Position numbers and translations under genes: made by a program. A stretch of DNA of 64,000 bases from an uncultured Pseudanabaenaceae cyanobacterium (GTDB lineage: Bacteria > Cyanobacteriota > Cyanobacteriia > PCC-9006 > JAAUQQ01): positions 1,415 through 65,414 of the forward strand of contig CALIJJ010000019.1 of NCBI GenBank assembly GCA_938017515.1, given 5' to 3'. Each line of letters opens with the position of its first letter. Within the stretch, counting starts at the first letter, position 1. Under the pieces are notes generated by a model. It ran no database searches. It was not told the DNA's origin and saw only the letters and a program-made list of their open reading frames with translations. Positions 60,173-64,000 of the stretch are shown in pieces.

Positions 60173-61444
60173 TTAAGGTGCGTCTTCCAATACTTCCAAT
60201 ACGGCTTTGGGGGGCAGCCGGTCTTTGAACCAAATGATAGGAACTGAAACCTGATCGACCTTGACCCCGGCTTTTTCGAGGTTGAGCCGTTCGGAAACAG
60301 CCAGGATGAGGTCGTCCCGGCCGGATTTGCGCACCTGGGCAAATTTCTTGCGCAGGTATTCGGGCCGCCAGTAGCCGACGATTTCGAGAAGGTGCGATCG
60401 CCCATCGGGATGCACCAGCCGAAAGTCGGGAATCATCACACTCCCCGGAATCGGTACCAAATCCACCTCTCGCTCCAGCCGCCAATCGGTTTTGAGCTTT
60501 TCCCAGCGCTTGACAAAGGCCTCTTCCAGCATGCTGTCGTAGGTTTTGCCGGGGGGATAATGACTGACCAAGCCGCAGTCAGAGTTGAGGGTGAATTGTC
60601 CTTTGCGCAGCTCTTTGGTGTAGAAATCTCGCCGCTGTAGCGTGGCGGTCATGCTCCAGCGGGTGACGTGGAGTAGAGCAGGCAGCAATTTGGCGAGGGA
60701 CAGGCCATAGCGTGTACTGGCTTTGAACAGGCTGGTGGGTCCATCGACGGTGATGGTGAACCCCTGGTCCGCATCGCCTTCAATGTAGGCCATGAGCTGG
60801 AACAATTTCAGATAGCGGAAGAGTAGCTTGTATTCGCCGGGGTCGTTGCGGTGGGCATTGAGGATGACTTGGGTCGCCTGGTAGAAAATGCCCTGGACCT
60901 GGGAGAGGTTGTAGCGGTGGAGTAGGGCATCAGGCGTGGGCGGGTTGTATTCCGTCAGGATGCGATTGCTGGGGAGGTCTGCATAGAGACCGCTACGCAC
61001 CTGCTCAGGTAAAACTTCGCTCGTGGAGGCTGGTGTTTCTGACGCTGAATCTTGAGTGGCAATATCCGCTGAGGCAGACTGGCTGAGTTGGCGGGCGATC
61101 GTCACCAGTGTCTGTTCGGTTTGGATGGGACTGGGCGCAGATTGGGCCGACAGAGCAAACACCTGACGGCGCAGCTCTATCGGGTCCAACGGGCTGACTT
61201 CTTCGAACGTGGAAAACCCCTTACGCAGGAGATGAGCCAAACCGCGTTTGAGCTTGTAATCCGGGCTTTCGCCTTCCAGCTCTGCCAGACGCTCATCCAG
61301 CTCGCCCTGGCGTTTGCCCTGGAATTGAGCAAAACAGTCGATCAAGGATTGAGCGATCGCCCGATGCTCATCGTCAATCTCGATTTGTTTCGGGGCGACG
61401 GTTTCCCCATTCAGCCGGTTGATCAGCAGTTCACTGGGCAGCAT
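60173..61444 (-). CDS. conserved hypothetical protein, possibly DUF790-like (restriction-endonuclease-like fold)
   Basis: 423 aa. The family assignment is from memory of DUF790-type proteins and is uncertain. Confidence 0.4.
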   Translation of the reverse strand: MLPSELLINRLNGETVAPKQIEIDDEHRAIAQSLIDCFAQFQGKRQGELDERLAELEGESPDYKLKRGLAHLLRKGFSTFEEVSPLDPIELRRQVFALSAQSAPSPIQTEQTLVTIARQLSQSASADIATQDSASETPASTSEVLPEQVRSGLYADLPSNRILTEYNPPTPDALLHRYNLSQVQGIFYQATQVILNAHRNDPGEYKLLFRYLKLFQLMAYIEGDADQGFTITVDGPTSLFKASTRYGLSLAKLLPALLHVTRWSMTATLQRRDFYTKELRKGQFTLNSDCGLVSHYPPGKTYDSMLEEAFVKRWEKLKTDWRLEREVDLVPIPGSVMIPDFRLVHPDGRSHLLEIVGYWRPEYLRKKFAQVRKSGRDDLILAVSERLNLEKAGVKVDQVSVPIIWFKDRLPPKAVLEVLEDAP

Positions 61445-61446
61445 GG

Positions 61447-62562
61447 CTAAGCCTGACGCTGCAAGCCCAGTGCGCTGGCCAATCGTTCAATCTCAATGTG
61501 GTCGCTGCTCATTTGGGAAATGCACTGGGCCTTAACCTGCTCATGGAAGCGCACTTCACTAAAGGCTTTCTCGACAATTTCTACGGTACTGAGCGTGTCG
61601 AGGTCCACAGAAATGATGGGGATTTCCATTTCCACGGCCCGTGCCACAATATCCTTGCGAGGCTCAACGCGTCCCGTGAGGATCAGGCATTGGGTGGAGG
61701 TTTCTAGGGCCGCGAGCTGGAGATCCGCGCGATCGCCCCCTGTCACCACCGCCATGTTGTGACCCTTGCGGAAATATTTCAGTGCGGAGTTCACGTTCAT
61801 GGCACCGATGCAGAGACTCTCCACCATCAAATCCTGCCGTTCCGGGGAAGAAATCACCGTGGCATTGAGACGATAAACCAGTTCTGCCACGCTGACGCTG
61901 CGCAGGAGTTCGCTGTGGGGGACGACGCCAAAAACTTGAATACCCTGCTTCTCCAGGGCTGGCTTGATCGTCGATGTGACGGTTTCGAGATGTTGGGTGG
62001 GGACATCATTGAAGACGACACCGAGGACGCGATCGCCCAGTCGCTGCTTGGCACCCAGAATCGAGTCAACGCCCCAGGGCTCACTGAAGCGGCTCACCAA
62101 CAGCACGGATGCATCTAGCGCTTCTGCGGTGTGTCGTAAAGAGAGGCCAAAAAGATAGCCTTCATCCAGGGTTCCAGGTCCTTCAATCAGGACAACATCG
62201 CTGCCCCGGCCATCCTGATACTGGCTCAGGTGTTGGCTGTAGTCCGTTGCGTCTTGCTGGAGCAAGCGCTTCTGAATCGTCTCTTGGTCTAAAAGGAGCA
62301 GGGTGGGATGGAGCTTTTCGCTGGGCAGGTTAAGACTTTTCGCCAGAAAACGCACGTCTTCGTCCATCATCCCTGCGTGTTCGGCGGAAGGGGCATTGCA
62401 GGCAGGGCCCAGGGGGTTGTCTAGGCAGGAGCCGAGGGGTTTGCCGTAGCTGACGCTCTGTCCAATGGACTGAAGCTGGTGCGCGATCGCAAGCACCATT
62501 GCTGACTTGCCGCTGTGGGCTTCAACGGAGCCCACAAGTAAGTGCTTCGCGGTATTTGGCAC
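61447..62562 (-). CDS. phosphotransacetylase N-terminal-domain-like protein (BioD-like P-loop plus DRTGG domain)
   Basis: 371 aa. N-terminus LLVGSVEAHSGKSAMVLAIAHQL is like the BioD-like domain of Pta. A DRTGG-like region (VVTGGDRADLQLAAL) follows. There is no catalytic PTA_PTB domain. Confidence 0.55.
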   Translation of the reverse strand: MPNTAKHLLVGSVEAHSGKSAMVLAIAHQLQSIGQSVSYGKPLGSCLDNPLGPACNAPSAEHAGMMDEDVRFLAKSLNLPSEKLHPTLLLLDQETIQKRLLQQDATDYSQHLSQYQDGRGSDVVLIEGPGTLDEGYLFGLSLRHTAEALDASVLLVSRFSEPWGVDSILGAKQRLGDRVLGVVFNDVPTQHLETVTSTIKPALEKQGIQVFGVVPHSELLRSVSVAELVYRLNATVISSPERQDLMVESLCIGAMNVNSALKYFRKGHNMAVVTGGDRADLQLAALETSTQCLILTGRVEPRKDIVARAVEMEIPIISVDLDTLSTVEIVEKAFSEVRFHEQVKAQCISQMSSDHIEIERLASALGLQRQA

Positions 62563-62766
62563 GTTTTCTATTGACCCCAGAGGAAAGCGGATGCATCCAT
62601 TCTAAGGAGGCTGCGCAGACGACGCAAATCCTTTGTAACGGGCTTTGTAACGGGCTGTCACAAGGTAACAGGACGCCATAAAGCTTAGCTTGTCTAAATG
62701 CGCTTGACGCTCAAGGCCCTTTATTTTTGAAGCTTGGCTTTTGAGTCCTGATTCTAGGCCTCGGGT

Positions 62767-63168
62767 CTAGGCATCTTCATATTGCAGCAGTCGGCGATAG
62801 AAGGATTGGGGAAAGTCTGTGATTTTGAGGCGTTTGTGATTGATCAGCAAATCGATCAGGTACTCAATGAATTCGTGGTTTGCCATTGTTATTTCGTAAT
62901 CCAGCTCGGAGTTTCCGTCGAACTGAATACGACAGCGGGTGATGTCGGAGGGCAGGGCTGAAACAAACCAGCTTGCGACGAAGGGCACGCTGTCGCCTCC
63001 CTCAATGCGTCGCTCACCTTCGACGGACCCCTTCTGGTAAAGGCTGATGGCAAAGGGCAGAACGGAGCGTTTGTTCTGCTGGTTGTAGTAGGGAACGTAG
63101 ACACCGACGGCCTGTTTCGGCGCAGGGGACAGTTGACTAAAGTCCATGTTTTGCTCAGTAGCCTCCAT
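62767..63168 (-). CDS. hypothetical protein (133 aa)
   Basis: Clean ORF. No family recognised. Confidence 0.45.
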   Translation of the reverse strand: MEATEQNMDFSQLSPAPKQAVGVYVPYYNQQNKRSVLPFAISLYQKGSVEGERRIEGGDSVPFVASWFVSALPSDITRCRIQFDGNSELDYEITMANHEFIEYLIDLLINHKRLKITDFPQSFYRRLLQYEDA

Positions 63169-63282
63169 TTGATGTTCGTACCCGTCCAGCAGACATTAGA
63201 GTACCCTTTTGGGGCTGTAATAATGCAGGCGAGGGTGGAATAAAAATCCGCCAGAAAAAATTGGGCAAAATCCAGGTGACCC

Positions 63283-64000
63283 ATGGGCGTAGGACAGTCA
63301 ACGACACAATTTTTCAAGGGTAAAAAAATTGCCGTCACGGGGGCTTCTGGGACATTGGGGCGATCGCTCCTGCATCAGCTCCATGGCCAGGGGGCGGTGC
63401 TGACGGCGCTGACATCGCGATCGCAGTCTATTGAGATTGAGGCGGATGGCGATTCAACTGCGATTGCGACGGTGACCTGGAGAGTCGGTGAAGAATCCGC
63501 TTTGGCGGACCTGTTGACAGAGATCGATATTCTGGTGCTGAACCACGGGGTGAATGTCTATGGCGATCGCACCCCAGCGGCAATCGAAAAATCCTACGAA
63601 GTCAATGCCTTTTCGAGTTGGCGATTGCTAGAACTGTTTCTCACGACGGTGAATGAAGGGAACGCCCAGAAGAAGGAAGTTTGGGTAAATACGTCGGAGG
63701 CGGAGTCGAATCCGGCACTGAGCCCGCTCTATGAGTTGAGCAAGCGAACATTGGGGGATTTGGTGACGCTACGGCGATTGGATGCGCCTTGTCCGATTCG
63801 CAAGATTATTTTGGGTCCGTTCAAGAGTGAGCTGAATCCGGTTGGCATCATGGATGGGATGCAAGTTGCCCGCAAGGTTGTTGCTCAGGCAGCTAAAAAC
63901 CGCCACAACATTATTGTCACGATTAATCCGCTGACCTTTGTGACGTTTCCGCTGAAAGAGCTTTTTGTTTCTGGCTACTTCCAACTCTTTAGTAAGTCGT
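63283..64000 (+). CDS. SDR family NAD(P)-binding oxidoreductase, 3' end beyond the window
   Basis: An open frame from the ATG at 63283 runs to the window edge with no stop. It encodes KIAVTGASGTLGRSL (glycine-rich Rossmann loop) and YELSKR (YxxxK). It is absent from the ORF track because it is open-ended. Confidence 0.6.
   Translation, partial: MGVGQSTTQFFKGKKIAVTGASGTLGRSLLHQLHGQGAVLTALTSRSQSIEIEADGDSTAIATVTWRVGEESALADLLTEIDILVLNHGVNVYGDRTPAAIEKSYEVNAFSSWRLLELFLTTVNEGNAQKKEVWVNTSEAESNPALSPLYELSKRTLGDLVTLRRLDAPCPIRKIILGPFKSELNPVGIMDGMQVARKVVAQAAKNRHNIIVTINPLTFVTFPLKELFVSGYFQLFSKS

Overview
This 64 kb window is a cyanobacterial chromosomal segment at about 55% GC. The octamer GCGATCGC (HIP1) recurs throughout it. 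Most of the window is dense housekeeping coding sequence. Identified genes include a Mn/Zn-type ABC permease and ATPase, pyrE, queC-queE, hemF, galE, cobH, bamA, purC, purD, an NblS/Hik33-like sensor kinase, rpsN, aat, ilvD, upp, a Grx4-BolA pair, a RodA/FtsW-type SEDS protein and an Mrp/ApbC ATPase. There are also two tRNAs, Gly-UCC and a CAU-anticodon tRNA that the ORF track does not show. A cell-surface polysaccharide modification cluster is also present (GT4, pyruvyl transferase, SGNH hydrolase, Gfo/Idh/MocA oxidoreductase). A large CHAT-domain protein with a transmembrane segment and a TPR-like tail sits at 12.7-15.3 kb. The most unusual region is an AT-rich (about 35-40% GC) island at 42.0-49.8 kb in which I found no HIP1 copy. 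It encodes an FkbM methyltransferase, a TylF-like methyltransferase, a GT4 glycosyltransferase and two tandem paralogous TPR plus GT41 (O-GlcNAc-transferase-like) proteins. These lie directly downstream, on the same strand, of a PilA1-type major type IV pilin gene. I interpret this as a candidate horizontally acquired pilin O-glycosylation and sugar-methylation system. A second notable locus is an ORF-free 1.3 kb region at 29.8-31.0 kb. It holds two paralogous elements of about 125 nt, each ending in a terminator hairpin whose stem differs between copies by compensatory changes. These are candidate small-RNA genes. Further observations include several short tandem-repeat arrays, a frameshifted Uma2 endonuclease remnant, a histidine kinase with a degenerate ATPase domain and a 0.9 kb ORF-free gap upstream of queE.
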